From: a virus
Length of the DNA: 64,000 bases
Virus record (IMG/VR): IMGVR_UViG_3300042090_002148
Reading direction: 5' to 3' (one strand)
This document shows positions 18,484-27,599 of this stretch, in pieces. The notes under the pieces were generated by a model. That model was given only the letters and a program-made list of their open reading frames with translations. It was not told the DNA's origin and searched no databases. How positions within the stretch are numbered: position 1 is the stretch's first letter; each line of letters starts with the position of its first letter. The position numbers were made by a program, and so were the translations under genes.

Positions 18484-18512
18484 AAAAAGACTGAGGAGGG
18501 TGACCCCAGTCT
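18484..18512 (-). terminator. Intrinsic terminator after the HNH gene
   Basis: AGACTG...CAGTCT stem followed by TTTT on the minus strand. Confidence 0.65.
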
Positions 18513-18518
18513 ACAGGT

Positions 18519-19556
18519 TCAGTGAGAGGTAGGAGAAGCCAAGGGAACAGGGACCACGTTGTGCGAGTCGCAGTCTGCGCACTGAAGTGAGAAGCCACCT
18601 GCCGTGTTGGGCTGCAGAGGCGTGTTCGCCGAACCGCACAACGCACACACGAAGGCAGCGCCCTTACCGTGGCGTCCCTGACGCAGTTGCAGATTCTCCA
18701 GTGCGTTGTTCTCCTTGTTACCGTCGATGTGATGGACGGTCTCGAAGGCTGTAAGGGAACGACCGAGATGCCGCGCCATCACAAGACGGTGCTCCATCAC
18801 ATAACGCCCGCCCTCTGATGCAGAAACACCCATGTCGTAGTGTGGATCCTCTGGGTAGACGCGCACAATCAAGTAGCCACGTGACTTTCCCTTGCCGCCC
18901 TTCCACCAGTGATGCGCTTCGCCAGCGGGAGCGCCTACCTGCCGGAGCTCTACGCCAGCCCTAACGAGATGCTTGGTAGCCGTCGTGTGCCCCACGTTGA
19001 ACGCCAAAGCAACCTCGGACACAGAAGAACCTGCCTTGTACATCGCCACCATCTTCTCGGGCATATCTCCCATAACCTTGGGGGGTGAACCACGATGACC
19101 GCGGCGAAGTCCGAGCCGCTTCAACCCGATGCGCACGGCGTTCACTGGGATCTGCAGCGAGTTGGAGATCTGTACTGAAGTACTCCCTGCGCGGAAGCAG
19201 TCGGCGATGGTCAGCAACTGCGTTTCGGTCAAGACAACGGCCGCCGCAGCCACCCCGGGTGCGTACGCCTTCTCACGCAGAAGGGTCTGACGAACAGTGG
19301 GCTTGGGCACACCTGACGCCACAGCTATCTCCCCCAGAGTCATGCCCCGTGCGTGCAGCGCTAGCACCTGTGCTGCGACGTGCGGGTTAGGCCGCGGCCC
19401 ACGTGCCAGCTGCACACCACGCCGCCGCAACGCTGTGCGTACCGTGGCCGGGTTCACCCGCAGTACCTCTGCGATCTCTTCGGCATCCTTGCCCTCGGCG
19501 TACAGCGCAAGTGCGTGCTCCTCTTCCTTGGGACCAACCTTCCTTGCGTACGGCAT
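18519..19556 (-). CDS. HNH endonuclease with tandem N-terminal HTH repeats and a NUMOD-like motif
   Basis: About four HTH-like units, GEAHHWWKGG, YVMEHRLVMA...VHHIDGNKENNALENL; GAGGAG SD. Confidence 0.88.
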   Translation of the reverse strand: MPYARKVGPKEEEHALALYAEGKDAEEIAEVLRVNPATVRTALRRRGVQLARGPRPNPHVAAQVLALHARGMTLGEIAVASGVPKPTVRQTLLREKAYAPGVAAAAVVLTETQLLTIADCFRAGSTSVQISNSLQIPVNAVRIGLKRLGLRRGHRGSPPKVMGDMPEKMVAMYKAGSSVSEVALAFNVGHTTATKHLVRAGVELRQVGAPAGEAHHWWKGGKGKSRGYLIVRVYPEDPHYDMGVSASEGGRYVMEHRLVMARHLGRSLTAFETVHHIDGNKENNALENLQLRQGRHGKGAAFVCALCGSANTPLQPNTAGGFSLQCADCDSHNVVPVPLASPTSH

Positions 19557-19592
19557 GTGTTTTCTCCTCGAGTTCCTTGTACCCGAACCTAG

Positions 19593-19604
19593 AGGATACT
19601 AGCA
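19593..19604 (-). promoter_or_regulatory. Candidate extended -10 (TGc-TAGTAT or TATCCT) for the HNH gene
   Basis: gTGcTAGTATCCT about 40 nt upstream of the ATG at 19556. Confidence 0.4.
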
Positions 19605-19626
19605 CCACACTAACCAGCCAAGGAAG

Positions 19627-20136
19627 TTAGTAAGCTGCGTAGGTGGCGTTCGTGTTCCAGAGCTCGCTGTGAACCCCGGACTGACTCGGACCCAAGATGC
19701 CCTCGATGTTGAGTGCTACTTTGACACGCTGCTTTTGCTGTGTCGTGAAAGCTTTATAATACGAAAGCCAATTCAGTAACAAGGGGGTCTTATCGTTGAC
19801 CCCTACGTTAGTTCCACCATCACTGTAATTTATGTGATTGCGGGTCTGCAGGAGACCGACGCTCTCGATGACCGAGCACACCGTCATCCGCAGCAGGAGG
19901 TACTGCTGGTTGCGCTGCAGCAGATCCTCGAGCGTGTAGTTGGTCAGGTGGGGCGTACCGTTGAAGTCACTGAGCGCATCAAGTGCGGCCCACGCAATCA
20001 TGCGGTCGCTCGTCTCTTCGCCGGAGACGATGCGATTGAGCTCCTCGAAGTCACGCATGTAGAGCCGGACCATCTGGACAAAGTCCTGGAAGGTCTGGCT
20101 CATCCACGGGATGCCCTGGAGCTTCGGTAGAGACAT
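19627..20136 (-). CDS. Probable head-tail adaptor
   Basis: ALSDFN...P...LL...V...L.......N...YSDGG pattern typical of adaptors; sits downstream of the MCP. Confidence 0.6.
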   Translation of the reverse strand: MSLPKLQGIPWMSQTFQDFVQMVRLYMRDFEELNRIVSGEETSDRMIAWAALDALSDFNGTPHLTNYTLEDLLQRNQQYLLLRMTVCSVIESVGLLQTRNHINYSDGGTNVGVNDKTPLLLNWLSYYKAFTTQQKQRVKVALNIEGILGPSQSGVHSELWNTNATYAAY

Positions 20137-20145
20137 GACGAGCTC

Positions 20146-20769
20146 CTAGCGGCGGTTCTTCTTGCTGCGGCGAGACGACTCCTCGGTGGTGGTTGCCTCG
20201 GCCGGCGTCTCCGCGGGCACCTCGGCAGACTCCTCGACGACGGGTGCTGCTGGCTCCGCCGACTCCTCGTTCATCGCGGCAGCGATGTTCTTCTCGAGCT
20301 CGGGATCGACCGGCCCGGGGATGACGGGGACGATGTTCTCCGGCGTGGGCTCCTCGTCCTTCAGCAGGTCCGGCTTGGCGCCCTTCGGGAGGATGCCGGG
20401 CTGGTTGCCGTCGTCGCCGAGCATGGGCGGGATCATGATGCCCGAGGGCTTGTCGTAGTTGACCGAGTCGAGGCGCTTCTTCACCAGCGGGGGCGGCATC
20501 TTCGGGGGCGCGGCCTTGAGCGTGCTGAGGTCCACGAGGCGGTCGTCGTGTGTGCGCACCTCGAAGATGTGCGAGGCGACCTTCTGGCGGAGCTCGGGGA
20601 GGCACTCCTGGAGCTGCTCCTCCGAGAGGTGCACGGGTCGTCCTGGGAGGACGCGCTGCTGGGACGTGCCGACGTGTTGCTTCAGACGCGGGTTCGCCGG
20701 CAGTCCGGCTCGGGCCCCCCTGTTGTGCCTTCCGTGCGCGACGTTGATGACTTTGTACATGGTGGCCAT
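20146..20769 (-). CDS. Hypothetical protein with an acidic/Pro-rich C-terminus
   Basis: Start at MATMYKV with AGGAG SD; the ORF-track upstream part is a shadow of the MCP. Confidence 0.75.
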   Translation of the reverse strand: MATMYKVINVAHGRHNRGARAGLPANPRLKQHVGTSQQRVLPGRPVHLSEEQLQECLPELRQKVASHIFEVRTHDDRLVDLSTLKAAPPKMPPPLVKKRLDSVNYDKPSGIMIPPMLGDDGNQPGILPKGAKPDLLKDEEPTPENIVPVIPGPVDPELEKNIAAAMNEESAEPAAPVVEESAEVPAETPAEATTTEESSRRSKKNRR

Positions 20770-20786
20770 GGGGATCTCCTCACTCG

Positions 20787-20792
20787 AGTGTA
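20787..20792 (-). promoter_or_regulatory. Candidate -10 TACACT
   Basis: TACACT-cgagtga-ggagatccccATG, just after the MCP terminator. Confidence 0.5.
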
Positions 20793-20820
20793 CGTCAGGG
20801 GACAGGTACCTGAAACGTCG

Positions 20821-20850
20821 AAAGGCAGCCTGGTCTCCCAAGCTGCCTCT
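20821..20850 (-). terminator. Hairpin after the MCP gene (probable terminator)
   Basis: AGGCAGC...GCTGCCT stem followed by TTCG..TTTC. Confidence 0.55.
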
Positions 20851-20888
20851 CGAGCGCCACCCATCCCAATGCGCCGAGGCGCCTTCGC

Positions 20889-22013
20889 TCAGTACGTGTT
20901 GACCTGGGGGAAGAAGAGCCCCGCGTCGACCTGGTTGTTCGGAGCGCCGAGAGCGTCCTCGCTGACCGGAATGAAGTTGGACAGGAGCGTGTCCGCGTTC
21001 GTGACGGGGTTCGCATCGGCGGAGTAGAGCTCCAGCTTGCGGACGGCCGCGATGTTCAGGAGTCCCATGCCCACGTCCTCCCAGGCCTGGAACGTGATGA
21101 CGTTCGCGATCTTGTCGATGTAGAACTTCGTGTTGTTCAGGATGTAGAACTTCCCGAAGAACTCCGGCTTCGTGAACACGTAGATGTTCCCGGGCCGCAG
21201 GATGTCCGTCTTGATCGTGCGGATGTACGCACGCCCGAGGAGCGTGTTGTACTTGTAGCCGTCGACCGCGGTCTCGGACTGGATGCGGTCGCCGAAGTCC
21301 TCGACCGTCCACTGGAGGACGTCGTCCCAGTCGACCTCCGTGGTCAGGAGGCGCTCCGAGCGGAGGCGATTCCCGTCCAGGAGCTTGAACAGGTTGACGA
21401 GGTCGGGGCGCTGAACCGGGCGCACCGTCGCGTCGTTGGTGGTCGCGTTGCGTGCGAGCTCGCCCTTGCGGATCGAGAACTCGACGACGTCGCCGGCCTT
21501 GATGTTGCTGGCGTTGAGCGCCGTCGCGACGCCGCCGTTGGCCTGCATCTGGAGGGCCTGGCACGCGGCCTCAGTGTTGATCGTGAACTCGTGGTCCTCG
21601 ATCTCCTGGATGTCCTTCACCGAGTTCTCCTCGATGATCTTGGTGATGGGCATCTCGTACGCGAGGAGCTCCTGCTCGGTCTTCTGGAAGACCTCGGAGC
21701 TGATCGTGTAGAACCCGATCTCCGCCTTGGGGCCGCGGATGAAGCGCGCCGTGGGGGTGCCACGGAAGTCCATCGTCATGGCCTTGGACTGGGGCTCGAT
21801 GTCCACGATCTTCACCAGCGTGTCGTGGTTGACGGAACGCTGGCAGTCCGTGCGGGTCACCTGCTCCGGCGGAAGGATCTTCCGTGTGAACGAGACCTCG
21901 CGAAGACGGTCGCGGATGTACGAGCCACCGTACTCTGCGAGCTTCTCCTTGGTGTCGCTCGAGCCGAGCTTGGTGCTGAACAGGTCGTTGAGAACGCGTG
22001 CCGGAACACTCAT
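20889..22013 (-). CDS. Major capsid protein (HK97 fold)
   Basis: YIRDRLREVSFTRKIL, LLAYEMPITKII, KDIQEIEDHEF; 374 aa; follows the protease, scaffold and decoration genes. Confidence 0.85.
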   Translation of the reverse strand: MSVPARVLNDLFSTKLGSSDTKEKLAEYGGSYIRDRLREVSFTRKILPPEQVTRTDCQRSVNHDTLVKIVDIEPQSKAMTMDFRGTPTARFIRGPKAEIGFYTISSEVFQKTEQELLAYEMPITKIIEENSVKDIQEIEDHEFTINTEAACQALQMQANGGVATALNASNIKAGDVVEFSIRKGELARNATTNDATVRPVQRPDLVNLFKLLDGNRLRSERLLTTEVDWDDVLQWTVEDFGDRIQSETAVDGYKYNTLLGRAYIRTIKTDILRPGNIYVFTKPEFFGKFYILNNTKFYIDKIANVITFQAWEDVGMGLLNIAAVRKLELYSADANPVTNADTLLSNFIPVSEDALGAPNNQVDAGLFFPQVNTY

Positions 22014-22047
22014 GTGAGTTGCCTCTTTCCTTTCCTGATGGTTCCGG

Positions 22048-22581
22048 TTACTGCGCGTAACCCGTCATGAACCGGAGTTGTCCACCGTTGCTGGTGGGGA
22101 GACGGGTGACGTACCCGACGATGGGATCCGTGTCGGAACCCACACCGCCGTGACCGACGAGCCCGCTGAACGAGCGGGAGCTGAACGTGACCGTCGCAAC
22201 CTTGAGGGGCTGCATGACGGTCGCGATGGCCGCTCCGCCGTGGACGACAGCCGCCGCATCGAAGATGCGGGTGTCGAACTCGTAGAAGCCGCCGAAGAGG
22301 AACGTCACCTTGTGCAGGGACATCGCCTGGGTGTCGTAGCGCCCCTTCTCGACGAAGACGGGGAAGCTGCGAACCGTCGCGTAGTCGGGCACCGGAGCCG
22401 CCACATCCGGCGTAGCGCGGATGAGCTGGTAGCTCGAGTTGATGGTGACCCACTCGCCATCGACGAGTGCGATGGCGTTGTTCGGGTTGCAGAGCGTCCC
22501 ATCCGCGAGCGGAAGCGCGCGGCGGTTGACGTCCAGGATGCTGGTAACGGGCTGGAAGTTGATCTTCTGCAGAGTCGACAT
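22048..22581 (-). CDS. Probable capsid decoration/minor capsid protein
   Basis: 177 aa, beta-rich, directly upstream of the MCP. Confidence 0.55.
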   Translation of the reverse strand: MSTLQKINFQPVTSILDVNRRALPLADGTLCNPNNAIALVDGEWVTINSSYQLIRATPDVAAPVPDYATVRSFPVFVEKGRYDTQAMSLHKVTFLFGGFYEFDTRIFDAAAVVHGGAAIATVMQPLKVATVTFSSRSFSGLVGHGGVGSDTDPIVGYVTRLPTSNGGQLRFMTGYAQ

Positions 22582-22614
22582 GACGTAACTACTCCTTGGT
22601 GATGGGTGGGTCTG

Positions 22615-22989
22615 TCAGCCGACAGTACCGAGGATGTACCTCTCGAAGTCCGTGGTGCCTTGCGCGATGCCCTCCGATGCGTCGGAGGTCAACGACGCGA
22701 CCTTCATCCCCATGTCGGGACCAACGAGGTCCACGCCCTGCTCGATGGCATCGAGCTTCTCGGGGGTCGCCTCCGCCATCTTCTCGAGGCGGTCAGCGAG
22801 GACCTCGACGGAGGTGTCGAGGTCGATGCCCTTGTTGTGCATGTTGTGCGCGAGCTTCTCGACGCGGTCACGCGTCTCACGCGCGGCGAGCTTGCTCTGC
22901 AGGTCGTGGATGACCTCCTGCTGCGAGCGGAGGGTGGTCGCGGCGTCGGACATGACTTCCGCGAACTGGCTGGCTGCTGTCTTGTCCAT
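22615..22989 (-). CDS. Scaffold-like coiled-coil protein
   Basis: MDKTA|ASQF; coiled coil; C-terminal DFERYILG; GGGAG SD. Confidence 0.6.
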   Translation of the reverse strand: MDKTAASQFAEVMSDAATTLRSQQEVIHDLQSKLAARETRDRVEKLAHNMHNKGIDLDTSVEVLADRLEKMAEATPEKLDAIEQGVDLVGPDMGMKVASLTSDASEGIAQGTTDFERYILGTVG

Positions 22990-22997
22990 GGTCTCCC

Positions 22998-24371
22998 TCA
23001 CGCCCCCTGCTTGCTGGGGTCTGCGTTGATGCCTTCGACGAGGCGGCCGAGAAGAACGCGAGCTGCCGCAGTCTTCACCGGGCCACCGGGCTCGGCGCTC
23101 GCGAACTTGGTGCCGGCCTTGCCCGTGTTCTCGAGGACGTCACGGAGCGTGCTGTCGTGCGCCATGCTGAGCGCCGGCTCGTTGAAGTACTTCCCGAGCT
23201 CCGCGCGGCGCGGACCGTGCGACTGCCCCTTCGTGTAGTTCTGGGCAGCCTCGTTGCTGCCCACGAGAGAGGTGGGGCCCTGGGGCGCGCCGCCGACAGG
23301 CTCACCGCCGGGCTGACCCGCGGCGCTGGTGTCCGGGGGAACTGCCGCACCGGCGGAGATCTGCGCCGGGTTGATGGCGTCCTCCGCGACCTTGGTGATG
23401 TGCTTCCGCAGGCCGTCGACGAGGCCCGCCATCTTTGCAGCGGCCTCCTTGTCCTTGTTCTCGGGCTCGGACTCGTGAGCCTTCTCCGCCTTGGCGAGAC
23501 CCTTCTCGGCCTCGCGCATCCCCTCGGTCTCCTTCTTCTCCGCCTCCGGGCTCGCGAGCTTGGCGCGGATGAGGCTGAGGGCCGAGCCCCGCTTCTCCGA
23601 GACGATGTTCTTCGGCATCTCCTTGTGGAGCTGCGGCGCATCGTTCTGGGTGTTCGCCATCTGCGTGGCGCCGTGCTCGGTGGGCATTGCCTTCTGCTCA
23701 CCGGGATTCTTGGGGACGATGTTGACGCCCTGACCGTGGTGGTCCTTGAGCGTCGCGCCGCCCATGGCCTCGGAGACGCCCGGGGGGTTGGTCACCTTCG
23801 ACTCGGTGAGGTTGTAGGGGCCGCCCATGCCGGAGGCCTCCTTGCGGAGAAGGTCCGCCCCGTAGTCGAGGGCAGCGGCGAGCTTGGTGACGGCCTCGTC
23901 GTCGATGAGCGCGAACGCCGAGGCCATCTTGCCCCCGCACGCGCACTTCTCCTTGCCGCACTTCTCGCACTTCTTCTTGTCCTCACCGGCGGTCTTCACC
24001 GCCTGGAGCTGTGCCTCCGTAGTGACGCGGACGCGCTCGGCAGTCTTGGCCACCGCCGTCTTCACCATCGAACTCAGACTCGCGCGACCTGCAAGGCTTC
24101 CCATGGACTCTTCTCCGTGTGCCAACTTCGGCAGCATCTCAGCACCCCGCGGGGGCGCACTCTTCTGTTCGCTTGCTCCCGCATCCGGAACGGTGGGGAG
24201 ACCGGTGTTCACGCGCGAGTAGTTGGTCCGAGGCCCCATGCCTGCGGGCCCGCGCTTTCCGGGTGCCAGTGTGGGTTCGATGCTGGGTGTGGGGAGAGGG
24301 GCGGACGCGCTCATGCCCGTCGATGAAGGCATGGGGTTCTCCCCCGTCTTCACCAGCTTGAGCATGTTCAC
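22998..24371 (-). CDS. Scaffold/core protein dense in K-x-A sites; second in-frame start at 24104
   Basis: More than 10 K-x-A/G motifs (VKTA, AKTA, GKMA, TKLA, RKEA, AKLA, AKMA, TKVA, TKFA); start GTG 24371 or ATG 24365. Confidence 0.7.
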   Translation of the reverse strand: MNMLKLVKTGENPMPSSTGMSASAPLPTPSIEPTLAPGKRGPAGMGPRTNYSRVNTGLPTVPDAGASEQKSAPPRGAEMLPKLAHGEESMGSLAGRASLSSMVKTAVAKTAERVRVTTEAQLQAVKTAGEDKKKCEKCGKEKCACGGKMASAFALIDDEAVTKLAAALDYGADLLRKEASGMGGPYNLTESKVTNPPGVSEAMGGATLKDHHGQGVNIVPKNPGEQKAMPTEHGATQMANTQNDAPQLHKEMPKNIVSEKRGSALSLIRAKLASPEAEKKETEGMREAEKGLAKAEKAHESEPENKDKEAAAKMAGLVDGLRKHITKVAEDAINPAQISAGAAVPPDTSAAGQPGGEPVGGAPQGPTSLVGSNEAAQNYTKGQSHGPRRAELGKYFNEPALSMAHDSTLRDVLENTGKAGTKFASAEPGGPVKTAAARVLLGRLVEGINADPSKQGA

Positions 24372-24393
24372 GGCCGTCCATCTCCCTTCTCCT

Positions 24394-25350
24394 TCAGGTC
24401 GCTGCCGGGTCGTTCCAGGTGACGGGGTACCCCGCAGCCTCGAGGATCTCGAGGGCACGGATGTCGACGCCGACCTGGTAGTTGGGGGCCGAGGCGACCT
24501 TCTCGCTCTCGCCGAGGAGGCCGAGCTCGAGGACGGCGGCGACCTTGCGGCCTGCCTCCTCGACGTCGAAGGTGCCGTCCGCGGCAACCATCTCGACTGC
24601 GCGCTCCGCGCCGAGCTCGTCGAGAGCCGACGCGTGCTTCTTGTGGTGGTGCGCAGCAGCTGCTCCCGCGCCCGCCGCGGCAGCGCCGCCAGCGACAGCC
24701 GCTCCGCCGACCGCCTTGGCGTGGCTGGGCTTCATGTTGTGGGTGCCGACGCCGGTGGCCTTCTCGGTGATCTTCTTGCCGAGGTGCTCGAGGCCCTTGC
24801 CCGCCTTGTCGGCGACGCGACCCGCAGCCTCACCCACGGCATGGGCGCCGTGGCGAACCGCCTCACCGGCGTCGTGCGCCGCCATGTGCGGCCCCTTGCC
24901 CGTGAGCTTCTTGAAGGCTTCGGCGGCGCCGGCCTCCTTGATGTAGCCGCGCTCTTGCTCGAAGGAGTGCGCCATGACGCGCCCGAGGTAGTCGGCCTTG
25001 GCGATGTCCGCGGCCATCGCGGTCTTCTCCGCGAACTCCGCAGCAGCCGCCGCGTGCTTCTTCTCCTCCTCTTCCTTCTTCTTCTCCTCTTCCTTCTTCT
25101 CGTCCTTGGGCGGCTCGTGAGCCGGCTCCTCCGAGGCGAGCTTGGCGACCTCGGCCTGGAACTCCCCGTAGAGGGTCTGGACGTCCGCGTCGGACATCGA
25201 GTTCAGGTCGATCTGCTGGTCGCTGGCGACCTTCAGGAAGAGCTCGACGGAGGCGACCTTCTCGGCCTCTTCGTCGGTGACCGCGCTGGCTTGCTTGGTG
25301 CCGTAGAACTGCGCGAGAGATTCGTTCATCTGGGGTGCGGTAGCGGGCAT
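24394..25350 (-). CDS. Scaffold/internal head protein with a Gly/Ala cassette
   Basis: TKQA, EKVA, LKVA, AKLA, EKTA, IKEA, KKHA; poly-E/K tract. Confidence 0.75.
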   Translation of the reverse strand: MPATAPQMNESLAQFYGTKQASAVTDEEAEKVASVELFLKVASDQQIDLNSMSDADVQTLYGEFQAEVAKLASEEPAHEPPKDEKKEEEKKKEEEEKKHAAAAAEFAEKTAMAADIAKADYLGRVMAHSFEQERGYIKEAGAAEAFKKLTGKGPHMAAHDAGEAVRHGAHAVGEAAGRVADKAGKGLEHLGKKITEKATGVGTHNMKPSHAKAVGGAAVAGGAAAAGAGAAAAHHHKKHASALDELGAERAVEMVAADGTFDVEEAGRKVAAVLELGLLGESEKVASAPNYQVGVDIRALEILEAAGYPVTWNDPAAT

Positions 25351-27044
25351 CAGACTTCTCCAGTGGGCACGGGCCGAGTGTTCGAGGGTGTTCCCTCTAC
25401 TGCCGTTGCGACGGTGTCAGACGGTACACCAACTTCATCCCAGTAGGCCAGTTTGAGGTAGCTCGCTGAGAGGGGCGTGAACAGTGAATCAACACTGACT
25501 GACGCCAGCTTACGCGTCTGCGCCGTCTTCGCCAACTGCGAAGAAGAAACAAACTCTTGGGCGTGAGCGACGAGGTCCATGATTCCGGTTCGATACCCGT
25601 TGTAGGCAGCTCCTATCTTACGCAGCGAGACTGAAGGAAGGGAAGAAGTCGAGGCGCGCTTCTCTTTCGGCTCGTCATGCGTAAGTAGAATCCGCTGTTC
25701 TACTTGTGGTCCAAAGGCAGAACGTTCTGCGAGAAGAGGCAGCAGTAGATGCGCCAGTGTCTCGGAGAAGAACTGCGGACCCATCGGTACGTCCAGGGTC
25801 TCTTCGGTCTTCGGGAAGACCGTTCCTTTGCGTTCCAACTCATTCGCGAGAGGACGTTGTCCCATCTGAATGAGGATGATGCGCTGGAACTCCCGTGGCC
25901 GAAGAACCATCCCCAGACTCGTGGGTGTGGACAGCGCTTCTTCGAGAGGAGAGTCCCCCAGGATGTCGAGGATGTCCTTCGGGATGTCGCGCTCGTTTGC
26001 AGTGAGAACAGGCACCGCCTTGGCTGCGAACTGACTCGGCAGAACATCCTTGGTGATCTCGGCGCCCTTGTCCTTGGCGCCTTTGAAGAACACGGCTGCG
26101 AGTTTGTCGCCCTCGGGGATGGACTCATCGTAGCCGAGCTTCTCGGCGAGCTCAGCACCGCCCATGAAGAAGTACGACTTCCCCTCGCCGGCGATCTTCA
26201 TCATCACCTTGGCCGTCTTGTCGGCGCCGATGAAGACGAAGCTGATGTCGAAGAAGCGCGGGTAGTCGTTGAAGACGAAGACCTTGCGCCCGTCCGGAAG
26301 AATCCGATTCAGGTTCTTCCTGGTGAACTCGTCGTAGTCGTTGCGTGTGATGGACACGCCGGGGATGCCGTAACCTGTCCGCTTCTGCAGCTCCTTGTGG
26401 AACTGGAGGACCGCATCCCCGGGAGAGCGATGCCGCTTCTTGTCGAAGGTGGCCTGCGCCTTCCGGTACATGTCCCAGTCGAGGGTGATGGACGACGTGT
26501 CGAACGGAACACGGGTGCCCATCGAGACGTCAACGAACTGTCCGGCGTGGAGCTTGTCCCACACCCCCGTGCCGCCGAACTGCTGGCACTTGTCCTGGTC
26601 AACGCGTACCACGAGCTCGACGCGCTTCATGCGCGGATGCCAGGCCGCGAGCTCCACGTCCCCGAACGCGCGCTTCGCATCCTTGTTCCGATGGTGAGCG
26701 AACGGGTGCGCGTTGTAGAACGTCGGGAACCCGTAGGCCCAGTCCTTCGCCTTGATCCTGTCGAGCAGTGGGTTGCCCGTCCAGTCATCCGGCTTGTGGA
26801 TGAGGGACTCCTCGGTGAAGGCGTCGCCATTGACGTTGGCTCCCCAGAACTCGCTTGCCCCCATCGCGTTGACGAGGACGTACTGCGAGTTCTTGCTGGG
26901 CTTCAGCGACGCGATGTACTGCGACACCTCCGGCAGGAGCGTGGGTGCCGCTGTCTTCTCGAACACCGCGTCGGAAGGGCCGAAGAGCGGGAACGTGTGG
27001 ATTCCCTTCTCGTCCTCCCCGCGAAACAACGCCACCTTGAGCAT
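25350..27044 (-). CDS. Prohead (maturation) protease, HK97/herpes-type Ser protease
   Basis: NVNGDAF, HHRN (His), VDVSMG (Ser), PRFFDISFV..GADKTA; upstream of scaffold and MCP. Confidence 0.82.
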   Translation of the reverse strand: MLKVALFRGEDEKGIHTFPLFGPSDAVFEKTAAPTLLPEVSQYIASLKPSKNSQYVLVNAMGASEFWGANVNGDAFTEESLIHKPDDWTGNPLLDRIKAKDWAYGFPTFYNAHPFAHHRNKDAKRAFGDVELAAWHPRMKRVELVVRVDQDKCQQFGGTGVWDKLHAGQFVDVSMGTRVPFDTSSITLDWDMYRKAQATFDKKRHRSPGDAVLQFHKELQKRTGYGIPGVSITRNDYDEFTRKNLNRILPDGRKVFVFNDYPRFFDISFVFIGADKTAKVMMKIAGEGKSYFFMGGAELAEKLGYDESIPEGDKLAAVFFKGAKDKGAEITKDVLPSQFAAKAVPVLTANERDIPKDILDILGDSPLEEALSTPTSLGMVLRPREFQRIILIQMGQRPLANELERKGTVFPKTEETLDVPMGPQFFSETLAHLLLPLLAERSAFGPQVEQRILLTHDEPKEKRASTSSLPSVSLRKIGAAYNGYRTGIMDLVAHAQEFVSSSQLAKTAQTRKLASVSVDSLFTPLSASYLKLAYWDEVGVPSDTVATAVEGTPSNTRPVPTGEV

Positions 27045-27053
27045 GACGAGCGA

Positions 27054-27599
27054 CTACTCCTCGCGGCTCTGCCCCTGCGGACGAGGCACGCCGGGATCGT
27101 GCTTCATGCCCTTCTGCGCAGCTCCCATCATGACGTGCCCGAGCGACGGCTCGTTGCCGCCCGAGTTGCCGAGCATCTTGCGGCGTGAGTCGAGAGCCCC
27201 TCCGATGAGGCCGTTCACTCCCTGCGGGCTGCCGACCATCTGACGGACGTACGCACCTGCGACCGTGGGGTCTGCCGAGAACTCGGGCGCGAAGGTGCGC
27301 AGCGTGGAGAACATTCGGTTCACCGTGCGCGGGTCGTTCTGGTGCATCTCGTGGAGGTCCTCGTTCTCCGCGAGCATGTTCCTGAAGTCGCGTGCCTTGG
27401 TGGCTGCGTCGTAGATGGCGTGTCCCGCCATGCCGACCGCTGCGACGGCGCCGGCACCGAGAGCTGCTGCCCCAGCACCGACGATGCTTCCGGCGAGGTT
27501 CTTCGGAGCCATCACCGCCTTGGCCGCCTGGCCGAAGGCCTGTCCGTACCCAGCGGCCTTCTTCTCGAGGTACTCCGTCAGCGGGTTCTCACTGGCCAT
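27054..27599 (-). CDS. K-x-A/Gly-zipper putative internal head protein
   Basis: MASENPLTEYLEKKA|AGYG followed by a hydrophobic Gly/Ala helix; GGAG SD. Confidence 0.7.
   Translation of the reverse strand: MASENPLTEYLEKKAAGYGQAFGQAAKAVMAPKNLAGSIVGAGAAALGAGAVAAVGMAGHAIYDAATKARDFRNMLAENEDLHEMHQNDPRTVNRMFSTLRTFAPEFSADPTVAGAYVRQMVGSPQGVNGLIGGALDSRRKMLGNSGGNEPSLGHVMMGAAQKGMKHDPGVPRPQGQSREE

Noticed and set aside
19721-19760. Perfect TTGACA and TATAAT on the plus strand
   Set aside because: The spacer is 28 nt and the orientation is antisense to the local genes; probably a by-product of the AT-rich tract.
24139-24381. 80-aa ORF directly after a strong SD
   Set aside because: It has low GC3 and His/Arg-rich composition; the overlapping frame starting at 24371/24365 has proper codon usage and K-x-A motifs.
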